DNA of 64,000 bases from Mycobacterium sp. (lineage in GTDB: Bacteria > Actinomycetota > Actinomycetes > Mycobacteriales > Mycobacteriaceae). Both the position numbers and the translations under genes were made by a program. The DNA is taken from positions 4,617-68,616 of the forward strand of contig NZ_DATFZD010000137.1 of NCBI RefSeq assembly GCF_035314665.1, given 5' to 3'. The notes beneath the pieces were generated by a model, which saw nothing but the letters and a program-made list of their open reading frames with translations, was not told the origin of the DNA and did not search any database. Below, piece by piece: positions 37,784 to 49,634 of the stretch (within the stretch, counting starts at the first letter, position 1; every line of letters begins with the position of its first letter).

Positions 37784-39544
37784 ATGACTTCCATCTCCCC
37801 TCAGACCACTGTCGGCGTTCCGCCGACGATCAAGGACGGCACGCACGATGCCGCTCCCAACGGTTCGGCTGTGCTGGATTCGGCGCACGTCGGCGACATC
37901 GTCGGCGCATTCGGTCGTATCCGGATGGACGCCGCCGGCCCGGGTCGTAGTTGTTGGCAACGGCTTCGGATGCTGTTGGTGATCACCGGACCCGGACTGA
38001 TCGTGATGGTCGGCGACAACGACGCCGGTGGCGTCGCGACCTACACGCAGGCCGGGCAGAACTATGGCATGAAGCTGCTATGGACGCTGGTACTGCTGAT
38101 CCCGGTGCTGTATGTCAACCAGGAGATGGTGCTTCGGTTGGGCGCCGTCACCCGAGTTGGCCACGCGCGGCTGATCTTCGAACGGTTCGGCAAGTTCTGG
38201 GGCGCGTTCAGTGTCGGAGACCTGTTGATACTGAATGCCTTGACGATCGTCACCGAATTCATCGGGGTCGCCCTGGCGCTTGGATTCCTGGGCTGTCCGA
38301 AGGCGGTGGCGATACCGGTCGCCGCGGTGCTGCTGTTCGCGGTGGTGGCCGGTGGCTCGTTCCGTCGTTGGGAGCAGCTGATGTTCGTGCTGATCGCGGT
38401 GAACATCGCGATCTTTCCAGTCGCGCTGTCGGTACACCCCACCGTCGGCGCTAGCGTGCATGGACTGATTCCGTCGTTGCCCGGCGGGCAGGGCTCTGCC
38501 GTGCTGCTGCTCATCATGGCGATCGTCGGCACCACCGTCGCGCCTTGGCAGCTGTTCTTCCAGCAGTCCAACGTCGTTGACAAGCGCATCACCCCGCGCT
38601 GGATCCCTTACGGGCGTGCCGATTTGGTGATCGGCATCGTCACCGTGATGTGCGGGGCGTTCGCGCTGATGGCGATCACGGGATTTGGGCTTGCCGGAAC
38701 CGGCGCCGTCGGCAACTTCACCGACGCCGGGGCGGTCGCCACGCACTTGTCGGACCACATCGGCCACACGATGGGCGTGCTGTTCGCGATCATCTTGCTG
38801 GACGCGTCCTTGATCGGTGCCAACTGTGTCGGACTGGCCACCACCTACGCGCTGGGCGACGCGATGGGTAAGCCGCACTCGCTGCACTGGAAGATCACCG
38901 AGGCGCCGCTGTTCTACGGCAGCTACGCGCTGCTGCTCGCGGTGTCGGCCAGCGTCGCGTTCAGCCCCGACCACGTCCTCGGCCTGATCACTCAGGGTGT
39001 GCAGGCGCTCGCCGGAGTGCTCTTGCCGTCCGCCACAGTGTTTTTGGTGCTGCTGTGCAACGACCGTCCGGTGATGGGCCCATGGGTGAACAGCTTCCGT
39101 CAGAACGCCCTGGCGTGGATGATCGTGTGGTCGCTGGTGGTGCTGTCGTTGATGCTGACCGCGGTGACGTTCTACCCGAACCTGTCCACCGCGACCCTGG
39201 TGATCGGCCTCGGCATCGCCGCGGGGCTCGGCCTAGTGGGCGGCGCGTTCATCTACGGCGCGGGTTGGCTTGCGCAGCGCCGAGAGTCGGAGAACACCGT
39301 GCCGTTCGGCGCGCTGGACCTCGACCAGGTGGAGGAACTGGAAGAGCTTCCGAAGCTGACGCGTAAGGAACTCAAGGCTTTCCGCGATCGGGTCCGGGCG
39401 CGGTGGACGACGCCGGCGCTCGCGACCCTGGAGCGGCCGGCCATATCGCCACTGCGTCGAGCCGGGCTGTTGACGCTGCGCAGCTACCTGGTCATTGCGG
39501 GCGTGATGGTGGTGGTCAAGCTTGTTCAGGCCGGCCTCGGCTGA
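37784..39544 (+). CDS. Nramp-related Mg2+ transporter (NRMT-type)
   Basis: GPGLIVMVGDNDAGG instead of Nramp DPGN, GTTVAPW, many TM helices, M-box upstream. Confidence 0.85.
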   Translation: MTSISPQTTVGVPPTIKDGTHDAAPNGSAVLDSAHVGDIVGAFGRIRMDAAGPGRSCWQRLRMLLVITGPGLIVMVGDNDAGGVATYTQAGQNYGMKLLWTLVLLIPVLYVNQEMVLRLGAVTRVGHARLIFERFGKFWGAFSVGDLLILNALTIVTEFIGVALALGFLGCPKAVAIPVAAVLLFAVVAGGSFRRWEQLMFVLIAVNIAIFPVALSVHPTVGASVHGLIPSLPGGQGSAVLLLIMAIVGTTVAPWQLFFQQSNVVDKRITPRWIPYGRADLVIGIVTVMCGAFALMAITGFGLAGTGAVGNFTDAGAVATHLSDHIGHTMGVLFAIILLDASLIGANCVGLATTYALGDAMGKPHSLHWKITEAPLFYGSYALLLAVSASVAFSPDHVLGLITQGVQALAGVLLPSATVFLVLLCNDRPVMGPWVNSFRQNALAWMIVWSLVVLSLMLTAVTFYPNLSTATLVIGLGIAAGLGLVGGAFIYGAGWLAQRRESENTVPFGALDLDQVEELEELPKLTRKELKAFRDRVRARWTTPALATLERPAISPLRRAGLLTLRSYLVIAGVMVVVKLVQAGLG

Positions 39545-39552
39545 GGAGAATC

Positions 39553-40485
39553 TCAGGGCAGCAGAACGATCTTGCCGTGGGTGTGCCGCCGCTCGAGCTC
39601 CTCGTAGGCGTCGGCGACCCGGTCGAGGGGATAGGTGGCGGCGACGTCGAAGTCGACCGCGCCGGAGGCGACCAGGTCGGCGATTTCGGTCAGCACGGCC
39701 GGCGTCGACGCCTCGGCGCTTCCCTCGGTCTTGGCGCCGACCTCGGCGGCCTTCGCGAAGGAGATGATGGTGTCGATGCGCTCGGGCGGCACACCGAGAT
39801 CGACCGCGAGCTGAACATAGTCCGGTCCGAACAAATCGATGAAGGCATCGATGCCGTCCGGCGCGGCCTCGCGCAGGCGTTCGGCCAACCCGTCGCCGTA
39901 CTCGACCGGGACGACGCCGTACGCGCGAAGCCATTCCGCATTGTTTGCCGACGCGATGCCCAACACCCGCACGTCGCGCAGCGTCAACAGCTGGACGACC
40001 AGGCTGCCCACGCCACCGGCCGCGGCCGAGACCGCGACCGTCTCACCCGGCTGTGGCGCCACGGAGTGCACCGCGGCGTATGCCGTCGCTGCGACGACGT
40101 AGAGCGAGCCGGCGGCCTCCCAGCTCAGCTGAGCCGGCTTGTGGATCAGCTGGTCGACCGGCACCACGGTATGAGTCGCGTGGCTGGACCGCTGGAAGCT
40201 GAACCCGAGCACCTCGTCTCCGACGGCGAAATCGCTGACGCCGTCCCCGACTTCGACGACAACGCCCGCCAGGTCGCTGCCTTCGCCGGAGGGAAACGTG
40301 GCGGGGAATATCTCCTGCATTGCGCCGCTGCGAATCGCCGCCTCGCCGGGATTGATCCCGGCAGCGCGAACCTCGACAAGCACCTCGCCCTTAGCGGGGA
40401 CCGGCATATCGATATCGGCCACGTACAACACATCCCGCCCGCCGTATCGATCGAAACGGACCGCGCGCGCTTTGGTAGCTGTCAT
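39553..40485 (-). CDS. NADP-dependent MDR oxidoreductase (zinc-independent)
   Basis: [23 protein letters not shown] overlaps the CAR stop (ATGA). Confidence 0.88.
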   Translation of the reverse strand: MTATKARAVRFDRYGGRDVLYVADIDMPVPAKGEVLVEVRAAGINPGEAAIRSGAMQEIFPATFPSGEGSDLAGVVVEVGDGVSDFAVGDEVLGFSFQRSSHATHTVVPVDQLIHKPAQLSWEAAGSLYVVAATAYAAVHSVAPQPGETVAVSAAAGGVGSLVVQLLTLRDVRVLGIASANNAEWLRAYGVVPVEYGDGLAERLREAAPDGIDAFIDLFGPDYVQLAVDLGVPPERIDTIISFAKAAEVGAKTEGSAEASTPAVLTEIADLVASGAVDFDVAATYPLDRVADAYEELERRHTHGKIVLLP

Positions 40486-43400
40486 GCTGATCTCCTTTCT
40501 TGGTGTACGAGCAGGCCGAGGAGCTCCAGATCGGCGGCGTATTTGTCTATCAGCGGCGCCGAGAGGTGCGGAATATCCTCGTCTGCACCGATTTTCGCTG
40601 CTCGTACCGCCCCGCGGAACACCTCGGTCGGGGCGGGCGCGCCAAGCAACGGTTCGGCCGGCTTCCGGTAGGCATCCAGTAACGGCAGCACCGAATGCTG
40701 GCGCTGCTTTTCCGGCAACCCGCGCAATGCGGTCTCGAAGCGCGCGAGCCATTCGGCGTAGTCGTCGATGCGCTGGATGTGATAGCCGGCGTCAATGAGC
40801 CAGTCGACGAACACGTCCAGCGACACCCCGTCGTCGTGCGGGTTCATCACGTCGAAGGACCGGAATCCCGAAGATGCCGTTGTCGCACACTGTTCGCCGA
40901 GCGTGGTGATCGCTTCCGCGACGAAGTCGACGGGCAGGCCGTCGTAATGTGCCCGGGGTCGGTTCCCCGCGGCGTCGGTCTGATAGAACGAGCGGGGCGC
41001 GACGCCCGTCGTCAGCACGCTGAGTATCAGCCGGGTAAATGCGTCGGGCACATTGAGCTGACCGGCATAGCGGCTGTGCGCGAGAATCAAGTCAGAGCGA
41101 AACACCGCCACCGGCAGCCGGCACAGGTCGTGTGCCTCGCGCAGCAGCACCTCGCCGGCCCACTTGCTGTTCGCGTAGCCGTTGGCGTACGAGTCGTCGA
41201 TTGGCCGCACCGGGCTGACGTCGCGAATGTCACCGTCCTCGACGAACTCAGCGGGATCCACCGAGAACGCCACCGCCACGGTCGACAGGTAGGTAATCGG
41301 CTTGATCCGCGAAGTGATCGCCAACCGGATGAGTTCTGCCGTGCCAACGACATTCGGGCCGAACAACTGATCGTAGGGTAAGACGTGGTTGACCAGCGCG
41401 GCCGGATGCACGATCAAGTCCACCGTCTGCGCCAGCCGCTCCCAAGTGGCTTGATCCAGACCAAGATTCGGCTCGCCGATGTCGCCGACGACGATTTCGA
41501 GCCGATCGGCCGCCAACTCCCGGAATCGCGCCAGCAGTTGCGCATCCCCGCTGTCGAAGACCGCTTCTAGCCTTTTCGCGGCCGTCTGCGAATCGCTGCC
41601 CCGGACGATGCAGATCAGTTTCCCGTCCGTCTCGGCCAGTCGCTGCAGCCAATCCAGGGTGAGGAACCGGCCAAGGTACCCGTTGGCACCGGTGAGTAAA
41701 ACGGTCTGCGGTTCACCGGTGGTCGAGGGCAGTGACGGTGCCGCGGCCAGTGTCGCCGCATCGATGAACTTATCCAAAGTCAGTTCAGCAGAGCGGATTT
41801 CGGCGGCTCCAGTGCCGTGGACCGTCGTGAATGTCGGGCGCTTGGTGCCAGCGCCGCGTTCGGCCTCGATGTAGTCGGCGAGCTGCCGCAGGTTGCCTGC
41901 CGGGTTGATGATCACGCCGACGGGCACTTCGGCTCCGAAGATCTCCTGCAACAGGTTGGAGAAGGTCAACGCCGACAGCGAGTCACCGCCGAGATCGGTG
42001 AAGTGCGCTTCGGGCTCCGGCGTCCCGGGCGATCCCAGCAACGCCTGCGCCGCGCGGATCAACGTGTCGAGCACCGGCTGGTCGGCCGCCGCCGCCCTCA
42101 GCGCGCGCAACTGGTCGACCCGGTTCGCCGCGAGATCAGCGTACAGCCGCTCGAGTCGTTCGGCGTAGTGCTCTTTGAGCTTGGGCCGCAACACCTTTCC
42201 AACACCCGACAACAGACCGTTGTCGGTGCTGAACGGCTCGGACTCGACCAGGAAGTCGACCGGCACCTCGTAAGACTGCAGTTCGGCGGTTGCTGCTGTC
42301 TGGCGCAGCGACTCGCTCAGCGCGGCCTTGAGGCCGGCATCGTCGCCAACGAATCTCTGCAACGCATCGTCGGTGGGGACCACAACCGCCAACAGGTAGG
42401 GACGTTCGCTGTTGCCATAGACGAAGACCTGCCGCACCAACGCTGCGCCCGCGAACACCGCCTCCAGGTGCGCGACGGCCACGAACTCGCCCTGCGCGAG
42501 CTTGAGTACGTTGTTGCGCCGGTCCACGTAGGCGAGTGTGTTCGGCGCGATCTCGGCCATCACGTCACCGGTCCGGTAGTAGCCGTCATCGTCGAAGACC
42601 CCGGCGGTGACCTCGGGGCGTTTGTAATACCCGGGCGTCGCACTCGCGGATTTCACCAGCAGCTCGCCTCGCGGATGCGGTTTGTCGGTGGCGAAGTACC
42701 CCAGCTCGGGAACGTCGATGAGTTTGTAGTCGATCACCGGCGGGCGTTTGATAACGCCGTCCATGCTGACAAAGCCGACCTCGGTGAGACCGTAGCCGTC
42801 GAGGACATGCACGCCCAGGCATGACTGGATGAAAGCTTTCATCTCGGCGGCCAGCGGCGCCGTTCCCACGAAGCTGGTGAGTATCCGGCCACCGAGCACC
42901 TGCTCGCGTAGTTCCGACTTCGCCGCCGCATCGGCGACATGCGGTTCGGCTCCGTCGGCCAGCCGACGGTCAACGCCGCTATGGTAGCGCTGGTACAGCA
43001 TTTCGACGACCCGCGGTACCAGGCCCATCTCGGTGGGGCGCACCAGGTTCCAGTCCTCGAACAGCGTGGACAAGTCGCTTTCCGGCACAAAGAAACTGGT
43101 GCCACCGGCCTGGAACGAGGTTCCCAGCGGGATGCGTCCGCCGAGATGGTTCAGCGGCATGAAGTTGACGTTGACCACCGGTGCCTCATCCGTCGGCATC
43201 GCGTCGGCGGTCCAGACGCGCGCCACCATGTTCTCGGTGTACATCGCTCCTTTGGGCAGCCCGGTGCTTCCGGAGGTGTACATGATCATGGCCAGGCGCT
43301 GGTCGTCGCCGTCGGTGTAGATGGGCTCCGGTGGCAGCGATCGGCCGCGAGCGATGACATCGCTGAGCGTTTCGACGATCGCGGGCACACCGGCGTCCTC

Positions 43401-44075
43401 CAGCCGCGCGTGTGCCCGCTGCAGGCCTTCGCGTTCGTCGTCGACCTCCGGCTGGTAGTCGAAGACGACGATGCGACGCACCGACTGACTGTGCAGCGCG
43501 GACTCGATGGCCAGATCCAGATACGCGGCGCTGACCGCCAATATCCGCGGTTCGACTTCGTCGATGATGGGCCGCAGCCGCGAAGCCGGAGCGTTGTGCT
43601 GCAACGGAACTGCGACCAAGCCGAGGTATCCGGACACCAGGTCGATGGTCAGGTAGTCGGGACTGGCGAAGCCGACGGTCGCGACGAAATCCCCGGGCGC
43701 GACCGGATGATCTGGATCGTGTCGCCAGGCCGCGGCGGCCGCACTCACATTGGCCCACAGGTCGCGGTAGGTGATGGTTTCGAATCGCGGGAGCAACTGG
43801 CTGGTGCTGCGGCCGGTTGTCGGGTCGGTTGTCAGCGTGCGTGCGCGCCATCCGAGCGCCGGACGGTCGGCATAGGCTTCGACGTAGGTCTGCAGCACCT
43901 GCGGTAATCGAAGACCCGGGCGCCGCGCCGCCTCGACGACATCGGGCCTCGGGATTGCTGCCCGGATCTGCTCATCGTCGGCGTACAGCTCGGCGAGGTG
44001 CTGAGCGACGTGCGTTTCGAGACTGCCTCCTGGAGCCGGGCTGTTGCCGTTCCCGTATCGCGCGTCACCGGTCAT
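40482..44075 (-). CDS. car: Carboxylic acid reductase (A-T-R; FadD9/CAR family)
   Basis: [19 protein letters not shown] phosphopantetheine site, [14 protein letters not shown]. 1197 aa. Confidence 0.95.
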   Translation of the reverse strand: MTGDARYGNGNSPAPGGSLETHVAQHLAELYADDEQIRAAIPRPDVVEAARRPGLRLPQVLQTYVEAYADRPALGWRARTLTTDPTTGRSTSQLLPRFETITYRDLWANVSAAAAAWRHDPDHPVAPGDFVATVGFASPDYLTIDLVSGYLGLVAVPLQHNAPASRLRPIIDEVEPRILAVSAAYLDLAIESALHSQSVRRIVVFDYQPEVDDEREGLQRAHARLEDAGVPAIVETLSDVIARGRSLPPEPIYTDGDDQRLAMIMYTSGSTGLPKGAMYTENMVARVWTADAMPTDEAPVVNVNFMPLNHLGGRIPLGTSFQAGGTSFFVPESDLSTLFEDWNLVRPTEMGLVPRVVEMLYQRYHSGVDRRLADGAEPHVADAAAKSELREQVLGGRILTSFVGTAPLAAEMKAFIQSCLGVHVLDGYGLTEVGFVSMDGVIKRPPVIDYKLIDVPELGYFATDKPHPRGELLVKSASATPGYYKRPEVTAGVFDDDGYYRTGDVMAEIAPNTLAYVDRRNNVLKLAQGEFVAVAHLEAVFAGAALVRQVFVYGNSERPYLLAVVVPTDDALQRFVGDDAGLKAALSESLRQTAATAELQSYEVPVDFLVESEPFSTDNGLLSGVGKVLRPKLKEHYAERLERLYADLAANRVDQLRALRAAAADQPVLDTLIRAAQALLGSPGTPEPEAHFTDLGGDSLSALTFSNLLQEIFGAEVPVGVIINPAGNLRQLADYIEAERGAGTKRPTFTTVHGTGAAEIRSAELTLDKFIDAATLAAAPSLPSTTGEPQTVLLTGANGYLGRFLTLDWLQRLAETDGKLICIVRGSDSQTAAKRLEAVFDSGDAQLLARFRELAADRLEIVVGDIGEPNLGLDQATWERLAQTVDLIVHPAALVNHVLPYDQLFGPNVVGTAELIRLAITSRIKPITYLSTVAVAFSVDPAEFVEDGDIRDVSPVRPIDDSYANGYANSKWAGEVLLREAHDLCRLPVAVFRSDLILAHSRYAGQLNVPDAFTRLILSVLTTGVAPRSFYQTDAAGNRPRAHYDGLPVDFVAEAITTLGEQCATTASSGFRSFDVMNPHDDGVSLDVFVDWLIDAGYHIQRIDDYAEWLARFETALRGLPEKQRQHSVLPLLDAYRKPAEPLLGAPAPTEVFRGAVRAAKIGADEDIPHLSAPLIDKYAADLELLGLLVHQERRSA

Positions 44076-44189
44076 ACCGCACCCTCCGTCGAAACAGTCT
44101 CCCTAGGCGCAAACTCAGCGGCTCACCCGTCTCTTCCACGCCCGGGTGTGACCGTCGCCACAACGGCACGACGTCAGGCGAGGCGCCGG

Positions 44190-44945
44190 CTAGGCCACCA
44201 CGTTGATCGGGTCACCGACGTGAACGGTGTTGAAGTACCACTCGGCGTTGTCCGGGCTGAGATTGATGCAGCCGTGGCTGACGTTCGCATAGCCCTGCGA
44301 ATCCACCGACCACGGCGCCGAATGCACGTAGACACCGCTCCAGGTAACACGAACCGCGTACGAGGCGACGATGTCGTATCCCTCCGGCGAGCTCAGCGGG
44401 ATCCCGATCGTCCGCGAATCCATGCGGACAGTGCGCTCCTTGGAGAGCGCGGTGTAGTTGCCCATCGGCGTCGGGCGGGTCGGTTTACCCATCGACGCTG
44501 GCATCGTGCGCAGCACCTCGCCGTTCTGGCTGACGGTGAATGTGTGCTGCGAGATGCTGGCAACGCCCACCAGCTCGTCGCCGGTGTCGAAGCCGGTCGA
44601 CAACGCGTGCACCGCAACACCGATGTGGCTGTGGGCAGGCCAGTAGCCGTCCGGAATCCATTGCACGACGTTGTTGTCGACCCAGTCGAACCGCCCGGTC
44701 ATGTGGTTCGGCGCGGTGATCTTGATTGCCCGCTCCGCCGCTGCCCGGTCGCTGACCGGCCCGGTGAACGTGACGATCACCGGATGGGCCACACCGACCA
44801 CCGCGCCGTTCGCCGGCTGGATCGAGGCGACATCGGCGGCCGGGTTGGGGGGCGCGATCGCTGCCGTGCTCGGGGCGCTCGATCCCGCCATGGCCAGCAC
44901 GGCAACGGCCGCCGCGAGCCACACTTTTCGAACCGCTGTACGCAC
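44190..44945 (-). CDS. ldtA: L,D-transpeptidase (Rv0116c-like)
   Basis: HSAPW...NVSHGCINL catalytic motif, signal peptide, synteny. Confidence 0.88.
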   Translation of the reverse strand: MRTAVRKVWLAAAVAVLAMAGSSAPSTAAIAPPNPAADVASIQPANGAVVGVAHPVIVTFTGPVSDRAAAERAIKITAPNHMTGRFDWVDNNVVQWIPDGYWPAHSHIGVAVHALSTGFDTGDELVGVASISQHTFTVSQNGEVLRTMPASMGKPTRPTPMGNYTALSKERTVRMDSRTIGIPLSSPEGYDIVASYAVRVTWSGVYVHSAPWSVDSQGYANVSHGCINLSPDNAEWYFNTVHVGDPINVVA

Positions 44946-45178
44946 GGTGTCCACCCTCCGAGATGGTGCAAGCCCGAAGCGCTTACATTCTGTATCCGTA
45001 ATATGTACCCTATCGGGCGCCCAGCAAACGGATCGTAAAACGCGCAAGTCGCGATAAGTGAGCGCAAAATTCGTTAACGTGCCTGTTCGGCAACCAAAAA
45101 GAGACCCTAACGTGATCTGAAACTCGTCCAGTTACTTGCAAGTTGGCAAGCGCAGATCGCTGTGTTGCACCAAACCCC

Positions 45179-45475
45179 ATCACCGATCCGTACACCCGGC
45201 CGCTGCCGGGCCCGGCGGCACTTGTCGTGATCGACGTCCAGCATCTTCGCAATATCGCAAGCGACACAATAGTTTTCATCGGTTGCAACTTCCCGAACTG
45301 CCCGCGTACGTCGATCTACGAGGCCTCCGAGCGGGATTTCCGCATCATATTTCCGCATCATGTTGGTATCGGATGCGGTGTCCGGGCTGGATGACCAGGG
45401 CATCAAGGAATGCCGGGCGATAGGCTTGACGTTCGAGACCTATCCGCGACCCTGACTTGGTTGAGTCGGGGGTAG
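45179..45475 (+). pseudogene. Isochorismatase/cysteine hydrolase remnant
   Basis: ALVVIDVQ fused directly to DTIVFIGCNFPNCPRTSIYEASERDFR. 13-bp tandem duplication and further frameshifts. Confidence 0.7.
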
Positions 45476-45485
45476 ACCGTAGGTG

Positions 45486-47645
45486 TCAGTCCGCGGATTT
45501 CACCCGGGCTGCAGCGGATTCCGGCATGGGCTCGTACCGGGCAAAGGAGCGGGTAAACGAGGCCGCCCCATGTGACAGCGAGCGTAAGTCGATGGCGTAA
45601 CGGGTCAGCTCCACCTGCGGCACTTCGGCTCGCACCAATGTGCGGTCGTTGCCTGCGGTGTCGGTACCCAGTACCCGGCCGCGTCGTCCGGACAGGTCAC
45701 CCATCACGGCGCCGACAAGATCGTCGGGGATCAGCACCGAGATCTCGTCGATCGGCTCGAGCAGGCTCACCTTGGTCGCCGCCGCGGCCTCCTTCAGCCC
45801 CAGCGAACCGGCCATCTGGAAGGCGAAATCCGACGAGTCGACGCTGTGCGCCTTGCCGTCGAGCAGCGTGACGCGGATGTCGACCACGGGGTAACCGGCG
45901 TGCACGCCCTTTTCCATCTGAGCGCGCACCCCCTTTTCCACACTCGGGATGAACTGCCGCGGCACCGCGCCACCAACCACCTTGTCGACGAACTCGAAAC
46001 CCGATCCTTCCGGTAGCGGTTCAACCTCGATGTCGCAGACCGCGTACTGGCCATGCCCGCCGGACTGCTTGACATGTCGGCCGTGGCCTTTTGCCTTGCC
46101 GCCAAAGGTTTCCCGCAGCGGTACTCGCAGCTCGACGGTGTCCACCGCGACGCCGTACCGGTTTGCCAGCGCCTCGAGTACCACGCCGACGTGCGCTTCA
46201 CCCATGCACCACAACACCACCTGATGCGTCTCCGGGTTCTGCTCGATTCGCAGCGTCGGATCCTCGGCGGCCAACCGCCCCAACCCGACCGACAGCTTGT
46301 CCTCGTCGGTCTTGGCGTGTGCCTGGATGGCCACCGGCAGTAGCGATTCCGGCATGATCCACGGTTTGAGCACCAGCGGTTCGGCCTTGTCGGACAGTGT
46401 GTCTCCGGTCTCTGCCCGGCTCAGCCGGCCGATTGCGCACATGTCACCTGGCAACACCACCGACGCGGGCCGCTGCTGCTTGCCCAGCGGGAACGACAAT
46501 GCGCCGATGCGTTCATCCTCGTCGTGGTCGGCGTGGTTGTTGCCGACACCGTTAGTGATCCCGTTGGAGCCTCCGAAAAAGGAAGCGAAATGGCCCGACA
46601 CATGAACGGTCGTGTCGGGCCTGATGGTGCCGGAGAACACCCGGACCAGGCTCAGCCTGCCGACGTAGGGGTCCGACGTCGTCTTCACCACCTCGGCCAG
46701 CAGCGGCGAATCGGAACCGCAGGTCACCTTGGTGAAAGTGGCGCCCTGCGGCGTAAAGACCTCGGGCAGTGGGTGTTCCGCCGGAGACGGGAATCCGCGG
46801 GTGGCGACCTCCAGTAGTTCCAAGGTGCCGACGCCGCTGCCGCTGCAGACCGGAATCACCGGGAAGAAGGAGCCACGGGCGACTGCTTTCTCCAGGTCGT
46901 CGATCAACACCGACTCGTCGATCTTTTCACCGCCGAGATAACGCTCCATCAGCGATTCGTCTTCGGACTCTTCGATAATTCCCTCGATCAGCGTGCCGCG
47001 CGCTTCTTCGATCTGATCGGTGTATGACGAATCTGGCGGGTGCGCGTTCCGCTTGCCGCCCTGGTACTCGTAATGCGTTTGCGACAGCAGCCCGATCAGA
47101 CCCTCGCCTGCGGGCAGATAAAGCGGTAAAACCTTGTCGCCGAACGCATTCTGGGCCGTCGCCAGCGCGTTCTGGTAGTTGGCCCTGGCGTGGTCGAGTT
47201 TGGTGATCACCACCGCCCGCGGCATTGCGACCTGACTGCACTCCTGCCAGAGGGACTTGGTCGGTTCGTCGACGTCTTCGCAGGCTGCGATCACGAAGAG
47301 CGCGCAATCCGCGGCTCGCAGCCCGGCCCGCAGTTCGCCGACGAAATCGGCATACCCGGGAGTGTCGACGAGGTTGACCTTGACGCCCTCGTGCAGCAGC
47401 GACGCCAAGGCAAGACCCACCGAGCGCTGCTGGCGGATCTCCGCCTCGTCGTGGTCGCAGACCGTGGTGCCGTCGGCAATGCAGCCGGGTCTGGACAGCA
47501 CGCCGGAGGCGACCAACAGGGCCTCCACCAGAGTGGTCTTCCCGCCGCCGGACGGCCCTACCAGCACTACGTTCCGGACGGCGGCCGGATCAGCCACGGC
47601 AGGAGCGGCTCCTGCGGTTTGGGAACTATTGGACCTGTCTGCCAT
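45486..47645 (-). CDS. fusA2: Elongation factor G-like protein EF-G2 (Rv0120c)
   Basis: GPSGGGKT, DTPGYADF, TKLD, KQSGGHGQY, HSVDSS. Confidence 0.93.
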   Translation of the reverse strand: MADRSNSSQTAGAAPAVADPAAVRNVVLVGPSGGGKTTLVEALLVASGVLSRPGCIADGTTVCDHDEAEIRQQRSVGLALASLLHEGVKVNLVDTPGYADFVGELRAGLRAADCALFVIAACEDVDEPTKSLWQECSQVAMPRAVVITKLDHARANYQNALATAQNAFGDKVLPLYLPAGEGLIGLLSQTHYEYQGGKRNAHPPDSSYTDQIEEARGTLIEGIIEESEDESLMERYLGGEKIDESVLIDDLEKAVARGSFFPVIPVCSGSGVGTLELLEVATRGFPSPAEHPLPEVFTPQGATFTKVTCGSDSPLLAEVVKTTSDPYVGRLSLVRVFSGTIRPDTTVHVSGHFASFFGGSNGITNGVGNNHADHDEDERIGALSFPLGKQQRPASVVLPGDMCAIGRLSRAETGDTLSDKAEPLVLKPWIMPESLLPVAIQAHAKTDEDKLSVGLGRLAAEDPTLRIEQNPETHQVVLWCMGEAHVGVVLEALANRYGVAVDTVELRVPLRETFGGKAKGHGRHVKQSGGHGQYAVCDIEVEPLPEGSGFEFVDKVVGGAVPRQFIPSVEKGVRAQMEKGVHAGYPVVDIRVTLLDGKAHSVDSSDFAFQMAGSLGLKEAAAATKVSLLEPIDEISVLIPDDLVGAVMGDLSGRRGRVLGTDTAGNDRTLVRAEVPQVELTRYAIDLRSLSHGAASFTRSFARYEPMPESAAARVKSAD

Positions 47646-47676
47646 GACGTGTCTCTCCTCCTGGCCCCGACGCCAT

Positions 47677-47692
47677 CGTGATGTATGTCACT
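47677..47692. promoter_or_regulatory. Possible CRP (Rv3676-type) site upstream of fusA2
   Basis: CGTGA-N6-TCACT, ~30 nt upstream of the start codon. Confidence 0.35.
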
Positions 47693-47760
47693 TTTCCCCT
47701 AGCGCCCGCGCAGCACAAGAGTGAACAGGCGGTGAACCCATTCCCACGCAGCGGCCGCGG

Positions 47761-48171
47761 TCAGGCGTGCCAGCTGCTCCAACGTCGGATCGCAACGGCG
47801 ATCACCGGTCCATTCAGCGGAACCGACTGGTACTGGGCATATTTCGCGCGCAAAAGGTCGTGACCTGCGTGCAGGGCATTGCCGTCGTGATGGATCGCAG
47901 CCAGACCATCGATCCGGACCCACCACAGTTGCGTCCAATCAGAGGCGTAGTGGTCGACCAGCATGCTCACCAGCGGGTGGCGTTCGATGTTGGCCAACCG
48001 ACGCAGCCGTTGAGTGGTCTTGGGCTTCCCGTCCACGGCGGTGTACACGACCTCGTCGTGAAGCGCGAACACCACCGGCACCAGGTGCGGCGTGCCGTCG
48101 GGAGCGACGGTGCCCAGCCGGGCCACCGGTGCACGCCCGAAGCTGGCCTTGGGGTCGAAGTCGACCACCAC
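47761..48171 (-). CDS. PPOX-class F420-dependent protein (Rv0121c-like)
   Basis: ARLGTV..DGTPHLVPVVF...DGKPKT...LWWVR. Confidence 0.88.
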   Translation of the reverse strand: MVVDFDPKASFGRAPVARLGTVAPDGTPHLVPVVFALHDEVVYTAVDGKPKTTQRLRRLANIERHPLVSMLVDHYASDWTQLWWVRIDGLAAIHHDGNALHAGHDLLRAKYAQYQSVPLNGPVIAVAIRRWSSWHA

Positions 48172-48194
48172 ACCGAGCCTAGAGGCTTAGAAAA

Positions 48195-48956
<762 letters not shown>

Positions 48957-49029
48957 CGAATAGCCACCTTTGCTGTCGAGTTGCCAGGCCGGCCAGAAAC
49001 CTAGAAGGTATGAAGCTACCGTTTGCAGC

Positions 49030-49491
49030 ATGTCGGCCGAGACACAGATCGCGAACCTGCTCTATCGCTACGCCGAATGCATGGACAGCGGCGACTTCGC
49101 CGGGGCGGCCGCACTCTTCGAGCACGCCCGCCTGCGGGTCGCCGACGGCCCGCACGGCACGATCGACTCGGCGACCTTGCTGGCGATCTGGACGTCCGGG
49201 GTGATGCGCTACCCGGACGGCACGCCGCGCACCAAACACGTCGTCACCAACCCGATCATCGAGGTCGACGAGGCTGCCGGCACGGCCACTTGCCGCAGCT
49301 ACTACACGGTGATCCAGCACACCGACGACTTCGGCCCGCAGATCATCGTCACCGGCCGCTATCACGACCAATTCGAGCGCGTCGACGGCCGGTGGCGGTA
49401 TTCCTTCCGCGACTACTCCCTGATGGACATGATCGGCGACGTCAGCCATCACCTGACCGGGCCGCTTGCGCAGACCCGAGGAACCGCCTGA
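49030..49491 (+). CDS. SnoaL/NTF2-like protein
   Basis: IANLLYRYAECMD...GRYHDQFERVDGRWR. Confidence 0.82.
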   Translation: MSAETQIANLLYRYAECMDSGDFAGAAALFEHARLRVADGPHGTIDSATLLAIWTSGVMRYPDGTPRTKHVVTNPIIEVDEAAGTATCRSYYTVIQHTDDFGPQIIVTGRYHDQFERVDGRWRYSFRDYSLMDMIGDVSHHLTGPLAQTRGTA

Positions 49492-49634
49492 TCAGCGCCC
49501 TTTTTGGCCTGACCAGGATGCCCGACGCGCAAACCCCGGTTACGGTGTAGTGAACAGATTCGCGCGTAGGAAACCCCCGACGCTGCGACAATCCGAGCTT
49601 GAGTCGGGCTGGAACTATGCAGGAGGTAACACCG

